Source of the DNA: the human T2T-CHM13v2.0 reference genome, Homo sapiens
DNA: 64,000 nucleotides
Strand: one strand, 5' to 3'
Assembly (NCBI RefSeq): GCF_009914755.1
Contig: NC_060933.1
Below are positions 17,158 through 35,547 of this stretch, in pieces; position 1 is the first letter of the stretch; every line of letters starts with the position of its first letter. A model generated the notes under the pieces. It was not told the DNA's origin. It made no database searches and was given only the letters and a program-made list of their open reading frames with translations. A program made the translations under genes and the position numbers.

Positions 17158-18539
17158 TAACGTCTTTGTTTAGTGGACTTTTATTTATGTGCGAATGTAA
17201 CTATTGCCTGTAGGAATAATTAATTGACACTTTGACTAGTAATTCCAATGTCTGGGCTTCCTCAGGGTTGGTTTTGTCAAATTCTTATTTTCCTAAGAGT
17301 TGTCCATACTTTCCTCTTTTTTTGTGATTTATATGTTTTTTTGAGAACTAGACATTCTAGGTATATTTTTTCTTGTGCATGGCTGGAGCTGCCTGTGACT
17401 TTTCCAAACGATTATTGTAGCACGTGTATTACTTGTTGTACGTGGTCACTGATGTTTCTGTTTCATTCTCTCTGCGGTCAATCAGTGATCTGACAAAGAT
17501 TTCCTTAAATACCTGGCTCCAAAAAGAAAAAAAGCATCTTGTCTGTAAGTCTTCCAATATAGATCCTGCTGGGGGAAGCTGCTGCCACCAAGAGGGTGAA
17601 AACCAATGCACGTACCTGGACCAGGCACTCGGCATCACCAGACCAACCAAAACATAAAATCCTCAGTTCTTAGAGAACAGGTCCCCACTGCCTGCCTTGG
17701 CACCAGCCAGCTTCTCCAGGAATTCCAGCTGCCTGTCTCATCGGCGAGGGGCGAAGGAGTGAGGGTGGTAGTTGATTTGCACACAGTGCTTACTAATGAA
17801 AAGCAGCAACTTCTCTCGTCATCAAACACTCCCCTGATTGTTGTAAGTGTCCCATCAGGTTCCAGAGTTCCCAAATAGTTTATTCCAGTCTCTCATTCCA
17901 GCTTACTGGTTGCTTCTGTTAGAGGGACTAGGCCCTGGAGCTGCCTACTCTATTTTGTGACATGATTCCCACTTATTTTTAAAACTCCTGCATCTAAACC
18001 AGTTCAGCCTGGCCCCTATTTTATATTAATTTAGCACACATAAAAGATCAAAATATATTAAAGATGTCATGGTGTTATAAAAAGCATAGGGTTTAGAGCC
18101 AAACAAATCCGTATTTGCGTCCTAACTCTGGTATGACCTTGAGTAAATCACTGAACCTCTGAGCTTTATCTGTAAAATAGCTTTCACAGGAATATTTGAT
18201 AAGGAATGTAAAAATGTAACTGGAAATGCCAGTGTTATACCAACATTAGTTGATACTACTGTTTGCTCATCAACTGCTAAGTACTCAGTACCACACATCT
18301 TATCAGATGCATTGTGTACACATTCCCAGCAACAGTACAGTAAGTATTTTCTGGTTCTGTTTGTTTATTGAAAGAAGATGAAACTAAAGCTTAGAGATGT
18401 CTTAACAGTTTTCCCAGAGTATAATTAGGTGTCAAACCCAAGGCTGCTTGACTCGATCCCTTGCTGATAGCCATTGTACCACACTGCATCTTATCTGAGT
18501 TATAGTATCTGATTTCAGTGTCTCTTTTTCTTTCTTCAG

Positions 18540-18644
18540 GAGTCACATGCCATAGGAAAAAAGCCTGAAAATTCAGCAGACATGATTGAAGAAGGGGAGC
18601 TTATCCTATCTGTGAATATCTTGTACCCTGTTATATTTCATAAG
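18540..18644 (+). CDS. SNAPC3: SNAPC3 exon 4 ([35 protein letters not shown])
   Basis: tttcttcag acceptor, AAG|gtaagt donor, 105 nt phase 0-0; overlaps ORF 18582. Confidence 0.97.
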
Positions 18645-18737
18645 GTAAGTAGTAAAACCTTTTGGATTTTATGGATAATAGTAACTTTTGTAAAAGTGTT
18701 TAATTATTTGAAGAGTCATATTCCTATGCTTACATTA

Positions 18738-19870
<1,133 letters not shown>

Positions 19871-20479
19871 CCTCACCGCCACCCCCTTCTCCCCAGAAAA
19901 AGATCCCAAATGACCAATCATAAAAAGAAACCAAACCAAAGTATGAATCTGGGTTTATAACCTCAGGTTACAGTATAGATTGCCTGACCTCAATGAAGTA
20001 ACTTTTAGGAAATTTTAAGACAGTCTTGCTAAATGAAGTTACATTCCAGTGGATCTTAATGCTCATGTCAGTTTGGTATCATCTTGATTATAAACTTCAG
20101 TTTAAACCAGAAAATTTCCATGGCTGAGTATGTCAGTTGTACCCATGGGATTTTTGTTGGTTTGTTTGTTTTTGAGACAGGGCCTTGCTCCATTGCCTAG
20201 GTTGGAGTGCAGCAGTACAATCATGGCTCACTGCAGCTTCGCTCGAGCAATCCTCCTGCCTCAGCCTCCCAAGTAGCTAGGACTACAAGCATGTATCACA
20301 ACGCCCAGCTAACCTTTAAATTTTTTGTAGAGATGGGGTTTTGCTATGTTGCCCAGGTTGATCTTGAACTTCTAGGCTCAAGCAATCCTCCTGCTTCGGC
20401 CTCCCAAAGTGTTGGGATTACAGGCATGAGCCACTGTGCTTGGACATTCCATGCTATTCTAATTTATGGAGATGACTGA

Positions 20480-20915
20480 GTGATGACATGGAGAGGCTAT
20501 AATGCCTTTGAAAGGAGATTTTTATTACATTTCCTTAGAGGAGGGGGCACACCATGTAGGGCCACAGGAAGAAGCATCATTCTCATTTAGGAGGCTGAAA
20601 GGGGAGAGGGGAAGGCATAGACCACAGTTTTTATTGGGGTTTCTGTGGGAAAGACAAGGTAGGGAAGAGTAAACAGTTTAGGATTGGCTAGTTCGAACAA
20701 TTCCAGTAGGTTTGGTGGCAGAGGGGCTGTCCCTTGTAGCCTGGTGCTTGGCCCTGGGTGGATTGAGGTTGAGGGAATACCAGGGGAAATAGTGGCTTGG
20801 TGTGTAATGAAGGAGGTGGTTTCAGAGTGGCTCTGGATCACAGGGGAGATGTAAACAATTTTGACCATGAGTTTGGCCCTATAATTATTGGATGTGAAAA
20901 TACAGAGCATCAAGT
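20480..20915 (-). mobile_element. Solo LTR, LTR40-like
   Basis: Reverse strand has ctagccaatcctaaactgtttac...gaaaccccaataaa, recalled as an LTR40-type motif. Confidence 0.6.
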
Positions 20916-21033
20916 TATGGGGACAATTTAAAATTAAGAAAACCAGCAATTTAATTTTGATCTAGTCATGACAGGATTTGTAGTTTTATCGCTTTGTCTC
21001 TAAATGAACACTTATTTATTCTTTGACTTTTAG

Positions 21034-21183
21034 CACAAAGAACACAAACCATACCAAACAATGCTGGTGTTGGGCAGTCAAAAACTCACACAACTGAGGG
21101 ATTCAATTCGATGTGTCAGTGACCTCCAGATTGGTGGTGAATTCAGCAACACTCCTGACCAAGCCCCTGAGCACATCAGCAAA
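21034..21183 (+). CDS. SNAPC3: SNAPC3 exon 5 ([50 protein letters not shown])
   Basis: ttttag acceptor, gtaagg donor, 150 nt open frame. Confidence 0.97.
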
Positions 21184-22714
21184 GTAAGGTGATTTCCTCC
21201 CATAAAACAAAAGGAAATAACAAGCTAAGAAAATAGCGATTACTCTAGCTGGTTCATAAATGTCCCAGTAAATCCTTTTCTTCTCCTGCGGGATTCCATC
21301 AAACTACTACACTATCTCATTCCTTCCCTTTATCACCGGAACTTTTCCAAAGAAGAGGCTAGACTCTGTTTTGATTTCTTCATCTCTCATTTGTTTCTAA
21401 ACTATTGTATGGAGACTTTTCCTTCTGGGCTAATAGGGACCACCTAATTTTCTTTTTTGTTTTTTTTTTGTTTTTTGTTTTTTTGAGACAGAGTCTCGCT
21501 CTGCCGCCCAGGCTGGAGTGCAGTGTCGCCATCTCAGCTCAATAGTGACCACCTAATTTTCTAAGCAGTTGGTCACTTTTCCATTTTTATGTAACTTGAC
21601 CTCACTGTAGCATATGACTTTGCTGTTCATTCACTCGTTTGAAGCTCTGTCAGAGTTGTGATCTGTCATGATTGTGCCCAGCAAAAGGCTGGAGTCGACC
21701 TGAGAGCCTCAAATAGTTAGCACCCATTCTTCACCTTTCGCTGCCCAAGGACCAATACCCAACAAGGAGAGAGCATATGAAGTTGGTCCTTGCTGGTGTT
21801 TCCCCAATGTGTTGCTCTCAAAAGGAAAGAGAAGCCCTGCATACCCCCTGGATAAGGATGGAAAGAAGCAGTGTGGTAGACTGGCTACCCACAATGTTTT
21901 CAGAAAGGATCATTTACCTAATAAAGCAGGAGGGCCTTGATCCCTTCCACATTTCATCATAGGGCAGGATTGAACTAAACCTGCTACAACTCTGGCAGAG
22001 GGCCTCAGGTTTACAGGGCCATTTCAGGGGAGGGATAGCATCTCCTAGAGATAAGTAAAAAGATATTTGGAACAACAAGGATGGAGATAGTGTTTGGACA
22101 AGAACCAACACAATCTCCTTTTTTCCTGGGTCCTGTTCCACCAGCCACATAAATGTTGGTATAACTGAGGTTTCATGTTAACTTTTTTTTTTCTCCCTAG
22201 GCTGACATATAAGGCCTTTTATAATGATGCTTCCCAAATTAACTTTCTGAACTGTTTACTTGCTGCCTTTACACCTCATTCATCCATAGTGAATTTGTGT
22301 ATTTTCATCAGTGTACCATACTTTTTCATGTCTCTGAGTATTTGAACATGGTAGGAAGCCCTTTCCCTACTTCATCCGTTTTGTGAGTTCATCCTCAGAT
22401 TTCCAAACCCAGCTCAAAACTCACCAATTATATGCAATTTTTCTTGACTCCTTTCTTTGTTACCCTGGCACCTTTTCTTTTGTCCATTGTAGTATGTATT
22501 TCAGTATGCTGATTCAGTGTAATGTGTGTCCGTCTGCTCCACAGGCTGACTATATTCGTTTTTGGTGACTAGTGTGGAGACTAGCATATGGCTCACATGT
22601 AGATTTCACTTAAGTACCTGTTGAGTTATGCTGAAAATGGTTTTTAGATATTTAGGTTCTTCAGGGTTGCCATCTCAGTGCTTTTGGAGAGAAACAATAG
22701 GATAAGAAAAGTAG

Positions 22715-22915
<201 letters not shown>

Positions 22916-23418
22916 TAATTTTTGTATTTTTTAGTAGAAACGGGGTTTCACCATGTTGGCCAAGCTGGTGTCGAACTCCTGACTTCAGGTGATCCACCCG
23001 CCTCAGCCTCCTAAAGTGCTGGGATTACAAGGTGTGAGCCACCGTGCCTGGCCAAGATTTTTCTTTAAAGCAGCGGTGGCAATCTTCTGCAAAGTTTTTT
23101 AACCTTGTCAAAAAAAACGTAAGATGTAACTGTTAAATAATAAGATCAGTCTAAGAAGAAAAATCTGAATTTACCCTCTTCACTCCAACCATCTGAACAT
23201 TGCTCAAAGCAGTTTGAGTCAGATCTGGGAATCGGTCTTACCTTCAGGAAACCCTGGAGAATGTTTGTCTGTCTGTTTTTTAATCAAGTCCAGTCTGGGC
23301 AACAACTCACTGTGTTGCCCAGCAGAAGGTTTTAACCAGGCTTTGTCAATTTACTTGGTCTGTACATTGCTGCTGATAGCTTCGGAAGTTTTTTAAGCAG
23401 GGATTAAATAACCCATAA

Positions 23419-23727
<309 letters not shown>

Positions 23728-24369
23728 TGAACTCCCAACCTCAGGTGATCTGCCCACCTCAGCCTCCCAAAGTGCTGAGCCACCAGGCCAGTCAGGGAAG
23801 TTTATTAGTGGATGACTTTTGATTTAAATGGAAAACATTTTTGTTCTTTTAGAGTTCACCTTGTAATTAATAATTATGCCAAAAGATAGTAAGTTGCTTA
23901 AATCACCTAAGATGAAGTTTTATGGCAGTGTTTTGTAAAACACATATATATTAAACTTCATTTTGTTTCCAAAATAATAGTTATTTTTTTAGAACCTTTA
24001 TTTTGGACCCTGCTTACCTCTTTGAGGGTGTAGAAATATATTAAGTGGCAGATTTTGTATTGTAGCAGCTAGTCATATGACATTAAGTACATTATACTTA
24101 ATGTACATAATCTCCATAACAACCTATGAGGAAAGTAAAGGCTTTACTCACATTTTACATGGGAAAACAGTGTGAGTGAGATTTAGTGACTGGTCCAAGA
24201 AGAAACAACATAGCCAGTCTTGCAGGAGTGTCTGATGCGAACACAAGATAATCTGTAAGTGGGGGAATGAAGACAAGAAAGAAAAATGGAAGCTTCAAAG
24301 AACTAGGAGAAAAATTAAAATATTACGGTAAAATTATTTTAGTACCTGAAACATATCTCCTATACATAA

Positions 24370-24530
24370 ATTGCTTTTGATCTTCACCACAATCCTGTAA
24401 GACATCGTGGCAGATATTATTATTCTCATTTCACAGATGAGAAAACAGGTCTGAGAAGTGATTGCTACATACCAAAATCACAAAGCTAGTAAGTGGTAGA
24501 TTAAGGAAAAGAACTCAGGTCTTCTGACCC
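24370..24530 (-). mobile_element. MIR (further MIR relics near 18080-18490, 24090-24200, 30890-31030, 48880-49010, 59530-59680)
   Basis: Core catttcacagatgagaaaacagg. Confidence 0.75.
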
Positions 24531-24570
24531 TCATTCAGGAGTCTAAATAGAAGGTGAAGGACCAGTTTAA

Positions 24571-24720
24571 CAGAGTGCTTCTCAACTCTGGTTGCATGTT
24601 TTTTTCTAGAGAGCTTTGGAAAAATACTGATCCCCAAAGATTCTTAATTAATGAGTCTGAGTTGACACTTGTGTTTGGTGTTTTTGTGATTTGATTTTGC
24701 AGTCAGGATTGAGAGCCACT
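24571..24720. mobile_element. MER5-like hAT MITE
   Basis: cagagtgcttctcaactctgg ... gcagtcaggattgagagccact termini. Confidence 0.65.
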
Positions 24721-25258
24721 CCTTTGACGGACACTGTGGTAGAATGAGTTAAGAACCCTTGAAGGTTCCAACCAGTTGTGGTACAACTACAGTACCTGGG
24801 GCAAGATTGCTTGAGTAAAAATAGAAATTCAGATTCTGTCTGCCTAAGAGTTACTGAAAATATAAAGAGAGAATTTTTGTAAAAACATTGCAAATACAAA
24901 AAAATGCCAGAAAAACATAGCTCGATGATCATTGTTACTACTGGGGAAACATTAAAGATAGGACTTTGTTTAGGTTTTAGTTCTAGTATCCAACACTACT
25001 TACTGCTCTGTAAGTATAATAAAATAATGATGTTTATTTGATTTCTAATTGGGTTCCTTTCATGAATCTCAGGAGAATATACACATTTAGATCAAACGTA
25101 GTGATTATAACAGCAATAGGGTAAAATTGAAAATAGTAGCAGTTTTTGTAACACATATTAGTGTGATTTTATGATATATCTATTTTGAATTAATACTTAG
25201 AGCAATTTCATCATTGTTAATAGTTGATTTTCTCTCAATACAATCTGTTTTCTTGTAG

Positions 25259-25341
25259 GACCTATACAAATCAGCCTTCTTTTATTTTGAAGGAACATTT
25301 TATAATGATAAAAGATACCCAGAATGCAGAGATTTGAGCAG
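25259..25341 (+). CDS. SNAPC3: SNAPC3 exon 6 ([28 protein letters not shown])
   Basis: ttcttgtag acceptor, gtatag donor, 83 nt phase 0-2. Confidence 0.97.
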
Positions 25342-25485
25342 GTATAGTTTCCAAAAATCTTCTCAAAGTCTTTCCTATTTCTAGTTATCAAAGTAGTGTT
25401 ATCTCCACAAATCCTATTATTGGCCTATTAAGGACCTTTGCCAAGGAATTATTGATAAATCTTGTCTTTTGCATTACATACATCC

Positions 25486-26579
<1,094 letters not shown>

Positions 26580-26980
26580 TAATTGAAGACCCCAATGAGC
26601 TACTGCTTATGTGGGTTATAACTATCACTATTTATAATATTAAACATTGAAACTAAGAAGTATTTGAAATATTAATCTCATTACATACTAACATTTTGTG
26701 AAAAATATTTTTCAAAACACAATGAGTGGCATTGTTACACATTTTGCATTTAAGCTAAAGTGATGCACATCATGTAACCTGCAGAAAACTGATCCCTTAT
26801 GAAAATTCAGCGTTCCTAATCTCAACATGTGTCAAACATTTTGGTCTTCATCTCAAGATGGCAACTGTCCAGTTAGTTGGGTGAGCTAGGTTAATGTGAA
26901 TTACTGCAATCACAAACTGTTTTCTGTAGTTTTTAAGTTTTTGTGGAAAAATGATATATCCTTGCCTTTTCCCCCCTCAG

Positions 26981-27145
26981 AACTATCATTGAGTGGTCAG
27001 AGTCCCATGATAGAGGCTATGGAAAGTTTCAGACTGCTAGAATGGAAGATTTCACCTTCAATGACTTGTGTATTAAACTGGGTTTTCCTTACTTATACTG
27101 TCATCAGGGAGACTGTGAACATGTCATTGTCATTACTGACATAAG
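26981..27145 (+). CDS. SNAPC3: SNAPC3 exon 7 ([55 protein letters not shown])
   Basis: ccccctcag acceptor, gtaggt donor, 165 nt phase 2-2; YxHQGxCEH motif of the SNAP50 family. Confidence 0.97.
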
Positions 27146-27896
27146 GTAGGTGACAGCACTTAAGACATTTTGTTACCTTTTTTTTTCTTTATTTCAGAGT
27201 ACAAAACCAGAGATAGTTTTTTTAAAAATAAGAGGAGTAAAAGTAATAACCATTGCAACTTGGCTTGGGAGCAGCAAAAATACTGTCTTCTTTCCATGCA
27301 AATACCAACTCTTTCCATCCATTTGCATCCTCTATTGTTCATTATTTTGGAAAATCTTTAAGAAATACTTTACTATTAGACGGTTAAAAATCTGTTAATA
27401 CTTTAAAAAGTATCTCTATTTTGTATTAAATAGCTGTTATTCAGATATAGTACTTATCCATTTATATATAACATTGCAACTTTATTTTTAGGTTTGTCTT
27501 TTTGCCAAAATTTGAAGAAGATAAAAGGGAATTGGAGGAAGAGTAATTCTAATATTTGACAAATGTGAAGTCTTAATGCTTTGACAAAGATTTAAATTGG
27601 GAAGGAGCTAAGATAGTCTAAAATAAGACTTAGGGATGAGTTATAAATTTTAGACAGCTAATAGCTCTATTCCATGAATAAGGCTATTCATTTCCTCTTT
27701 ATTTAGGAAATCACAGTTTAAGAAGGAATACTATGTACGAATAAACCCTGCTCCATTGCTGGTTTGATTCCTTATGAGAGACCATTTAAAAGTTTTTTGT
27801 GGAACAATAATGTACCTGTGTTTGACCAGTAATTAGAAACCAGTAATTACTGGTATTAATTAGTAATTTATTATACCACTAATAGAAACTGATGCC

Positions 27897-29519
<1,623 letters not shown>

Positions 29520-29637
29520 TTATATAAGCTGTTCTGCCTGCTCTTCCTTTCAAATGTGGGAAAATGTGCTGGCCTTGTAATAAACATAAGATGGAAGGCA
29601 ATCCCCTATTCTCTCTGATGGCCTTATTTTTCATATA

Positions 29638-30706
<1,069 letters not shown>

Positions 30707-31236
30707 CTTTTATTTTTTTAAATGGTTTACATTTATTAAGAGTATGCAATGTAGGGCTTTTTAAAAGGCAATTTATAGAAGTCATTTTTATCTTACAGGT
30801 GGATTTAATCATTCATTGCCATTCCATAATACCAACTATCAAAAGGTTAATTATTTTCTGATGGTGAAAGTTTTAATTTTAAAAAAATCAAATTTTAGAA
30901 TTGTTAGAGACCTTTAGAACAATTTTGTGTAGTCCTTTCATCTTTCAGAAGAATCTGAAGTCTGTCATCATTTAAAGGATTTACCCAAAGCCATGGAGCT
31001 GATTAGTGGCAGAGTAGAGATTGACTTCCATTTCTTTTTTAATAAAAATTATGAAACTTCTTAAAGGTTTCATAATTCTGATACTTAAAACTAAGATTCT
31101 ACCAATTCATATTATGCCAGGAGTCAGAATTAGATTTTAATAAAGGAGACATTAAAAAAACAAGAGGCACATTGTAACAACCAGTTAATCTAGGTAAAAT
31201 ATCACTGAGTAGCTTTGCCCAAATTATGTTTCATTA

Positions 31237-31552
<316 letters not shown>

Positions 31553-31899
31553 GGTACTAGTGTTAAGCAAAGCAAGGATTCTCTGGTAGAATACATTCAA
31601 GAAATGCTCTACATAATAACTCCCTCTTAAGGGGGGATCACAGTGTACATTACCATAAAGGGATTTGAGAAGCCTAAGGAAAGAAAACCTTGTTTAATCC
31701 AAAATGCTCTTGGAGAAGCTATTTTGTGGAACAGAATTTGGTCAAACATGGCATAACAAGTAATTCAGCAACATCTTGTAAGCAAAAATTGAAAATATCT
31801 ATTTTCCTAATACTCAGGCACAGATATATTTAATAGCTCATAAAAATTTGTCACTTAATATTTGTCACCTTAATATCTTTATTTTCCCACGAACAAAAG

Positions 31900-32007
31900 G
31901 CTTGTGCATCATGATGACTGCTTGGATAGGACATTGTATCCCCTCCTTATCAAGAAGCATTGGCTATGGACCAGAAAATGTTTTGTTTGTAAAATGTATA
32001 CAGCCAG
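31900..32007 (+). CDS. SNAPC3: SNAPC3 exon 8 ([36 protein letters not shown])
   Basis: Purine-rich gaacaaaag acceptor, CAG|gtgagt donor, 108 nt phase 2-2; CxxC zinc ligands. Confidence 0.96.
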
Positions 32008-32233
32008 GTGAGTGATAATGTATTTTTTTTTTTTCTCTGAGAAATGGCAGTTTTGACTTTTGGTATTTTGTTTTCCACTTTGGATCTAAGAATATTTGTA
32101 CTTTAGGTTATAAATATGAAGTATCATCTAGTAGGGAAGTGCCAGAAAATCAATTTAGTGAGTTAAAACTAACATTCTTAAATAGTCAGGAAATATTATA
32201 TGTACACAAGTCCAGGGATAGGTCAAATTTCAG

Positions 32234-32427
32234 GCTTGTAAAATGTATACAGCTAGGTGAATAAAAATAAAAGTCACTAGTGTTAAGCAAAGCAAAGAAT
32301 TCTCTGATAGAATACATTCAAGAAAAGCTCTGTACAATAACTCCCTGTTAGAGGGTCACAGTGCACATTACCATAAAGGGATTTGGGAAGTCTAACCAAA
32401 GAAAACCTTGTTTAATCCAAAATGCTC
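32234..32427 (+). repeat. Local duplication: exon-8 relic (32234-32260) fused to a diverged copy of 31541-31709
   Basis: Shared ctagtgttaagcaaagcaa...aatacattcaagaaa...cattaccataaagggattt...gaaaaccttgtttaatccaaaatgctc. Confidence 0.92.
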
Positions 32428-32744
32428 GAGAGCCATGTTCTTTCTGCCTCTTGTCCACATAGTTTACATAATCAGCTTCATCAATAAAACTTCATCAATA
32501 AAACCACAGCACATCACATGAAGTTAAAATATAGTTTTATAAAATTTTTACTTTATGTGATTCTACATGTTTAGATTATAAGGCATTTCTTACTGTGGGT
32601 CAGTAAAAAAAAAATTTGTTGCTTTTGGAGGCTGAGGTGGGAGGATCGCTTGAGGCCTGGAGACCAGCCTGGACAACACAGCAGTAACTATAAAAAACAT
32701 ATAAAAAAAATCTGAAAGCCACTCAGAGGAAAGGAAATTTAGTA

Positions 32745-32971
32745 CAGGTTGAGCATTCCAAATTTCAAGATCAGAAATCCAAAACCTGAAAGTGTTTGAG
32801 TGGCAACATCTGATGCTCAAATGATCATTGGAGCATTTTGGATTTCAAATTCTCAGTGGGATGCTCAACCGGCAAATATATGCATAATATATTTAAAAAT
32901 CTGAAAAAAATCTGCAATTTGAAATACTTCTTTTTGATCCCAAGCATTTCAGATAAAGGATACTCAACTTG
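32745..32971. mobile_element. Tigger4/MER46-type MITE
   Basis: TIRs caggttgagca / tactcaacttg flanked by TA duplications; ~230 bp. Confidence 0.85.
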
Positions 32972-33659
32972 TATCTTCAGTTTGTTTTCGCCACCCCACC
33001 ACAATATTCTTTTCTGAAAGATCAATAGGAAAACATGATAAATCAAAGTGAAAATAATGTTAAAAGCAAACATTCCATGAGATGCAGAATTCAAACATAC
33101 CATACAATAGCATCTTCATGCCATTCAACATTTTGGTTGAATAATGTTGCCCATATTGCTATTTGTATATACTTTATAACATAATCTTGAGTTATAGGTA
33201 AAAAGAGTTATATAGTTTTCAAATTAACCAGTACTCATTTATCAGTTAAGAAGGTATATTAAGCAAAAGTCTATCAGATTTGTAGCATCTAATTTTGCCA
33301 TGGTTTTTCAAGATGGTCTGTTAGAAGAAAATGACTATATTCGTACTTGGAGGATAGGTATGTCGTGGCAAATGTGTGATGCTTTCAAATAGATTTATAT
33401 TCTTCCTTTAAGGGTAAGTATTACAGAGAAACAGCATTCTGCAGTGTTTCTTAATGTTAGATGCCCTTTCGCTTTGTAGAGAGAGTATTGGTGGTGATGT
33501 ATTTGTATCTATGTATACAAAATTAAGGGATTATTATGCATTAATAACAGACTGATAAGGAAATAGAATGTTATATTTACATATTGCTACAGGTCATAAA
33601 GCATGTTAAGTATGGCAAATTTGATTGTAATGATGTACTTCTTTTTTTAAAAACTACAG

Positions 33660-33807
33660 ATGGGTGACGAACAATGACAGTTTTGCACCAGAGGACCCAT
33701 GCTTCTTTTGTGATGTTTGCTTCCGAATGCTGCACTATGATTCAGAAGGCAACAAACTGGGGGAATTCCTTGCTTATCCTTATGTTGATCCTGGAACCTT
33801 TAATTAA
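33660..33807 (+). CDS. SNAPC3: SNAPC3 last coding exon 9 ([48 protein letters not shown])
   Basis: ctacag acceptor; CxxC...H zinc-finger end; TAA at 33805-33807. Confidence 0.97.
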
Positions 33808-34327
33808 GAATAGCTACACTCACAAAAATACCCCCTCATGAAATAACTGTTCTCTTGGATGGTTACCTTATTTCTAAGAAACGCCACTGAGGAACAGGAT
33901 CCACTTTGAACAGTCCGCTAAAGCTATCAAAAAAAAGTCCAAATCACAGATTTTCTTATAATGATAGTATTTAAATGTTTATAACATAGTTTAATTTTAT
34001 ATTTATTCCAGATAGTATTTAATTTAGTGCTTTTTACCCATTTTGAGTTGAGTTGTAGTACTTTATATATTCTGACTTTAAATCCTTTGTCAGACACACA
34101 TATTCTTTCTCCCAATCCATGCCTTCCCTATTCATTCTCTGTCCAGAGTTTTTTGCTAAAGATAGAATTATTAATGATACATCAAGTAGTGGAAGTGTTT
34201 TGAAAATTCTTTGAAGAATGTGAGAGCTACACCTTCTACCATGAGGCTTCCAAGGTAAAGATCCTTCAAATAACTGTAATGGAAACTAGGGAGAATGAAT
34301 TATTTACAAATAAGACAAAATTAATAG

Positions 34328-35401
<1,074 letters not shown>

Positions 35402-35541
35402 AAAATAAACTTTCTTTATTTTCAGGTCTAGACCATCAGATAGATTTACTCAAATATTTTCTGGGAACCTTTATGGGTAGAACATTTAATACTGTTTAGA
35501 AGACTTTTAGGAATACTATAGATTTCAAATGCATCATTTAA

Positions 35542-35547
35542 AATAAA
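35542..35547 (+). terminator. SNAPC3: Probable main SNAPC3 poly(A) signal AATAAA (3'UTR about 33808-35570)
   Basis: Overlapping AATAAATAAA followed by GT/T-rich sequence (gttgtattt). Confidence 0.65.

Noticed and set aside
21640-22170. GC-balanced non-Alu block, possibly a novel exon or ncRNA
   Set aside because: It interrupts L2-like sequence and is probably an old LTR; no convincing splice sites, and I cannot assign the family
26896-27144. 82-aa ORF overlapping SNAPC3 exon 7 in another frame
   Set aside because: Starts in the intron at a non-ATG codon; the true exon frame is fixed by flanking phases
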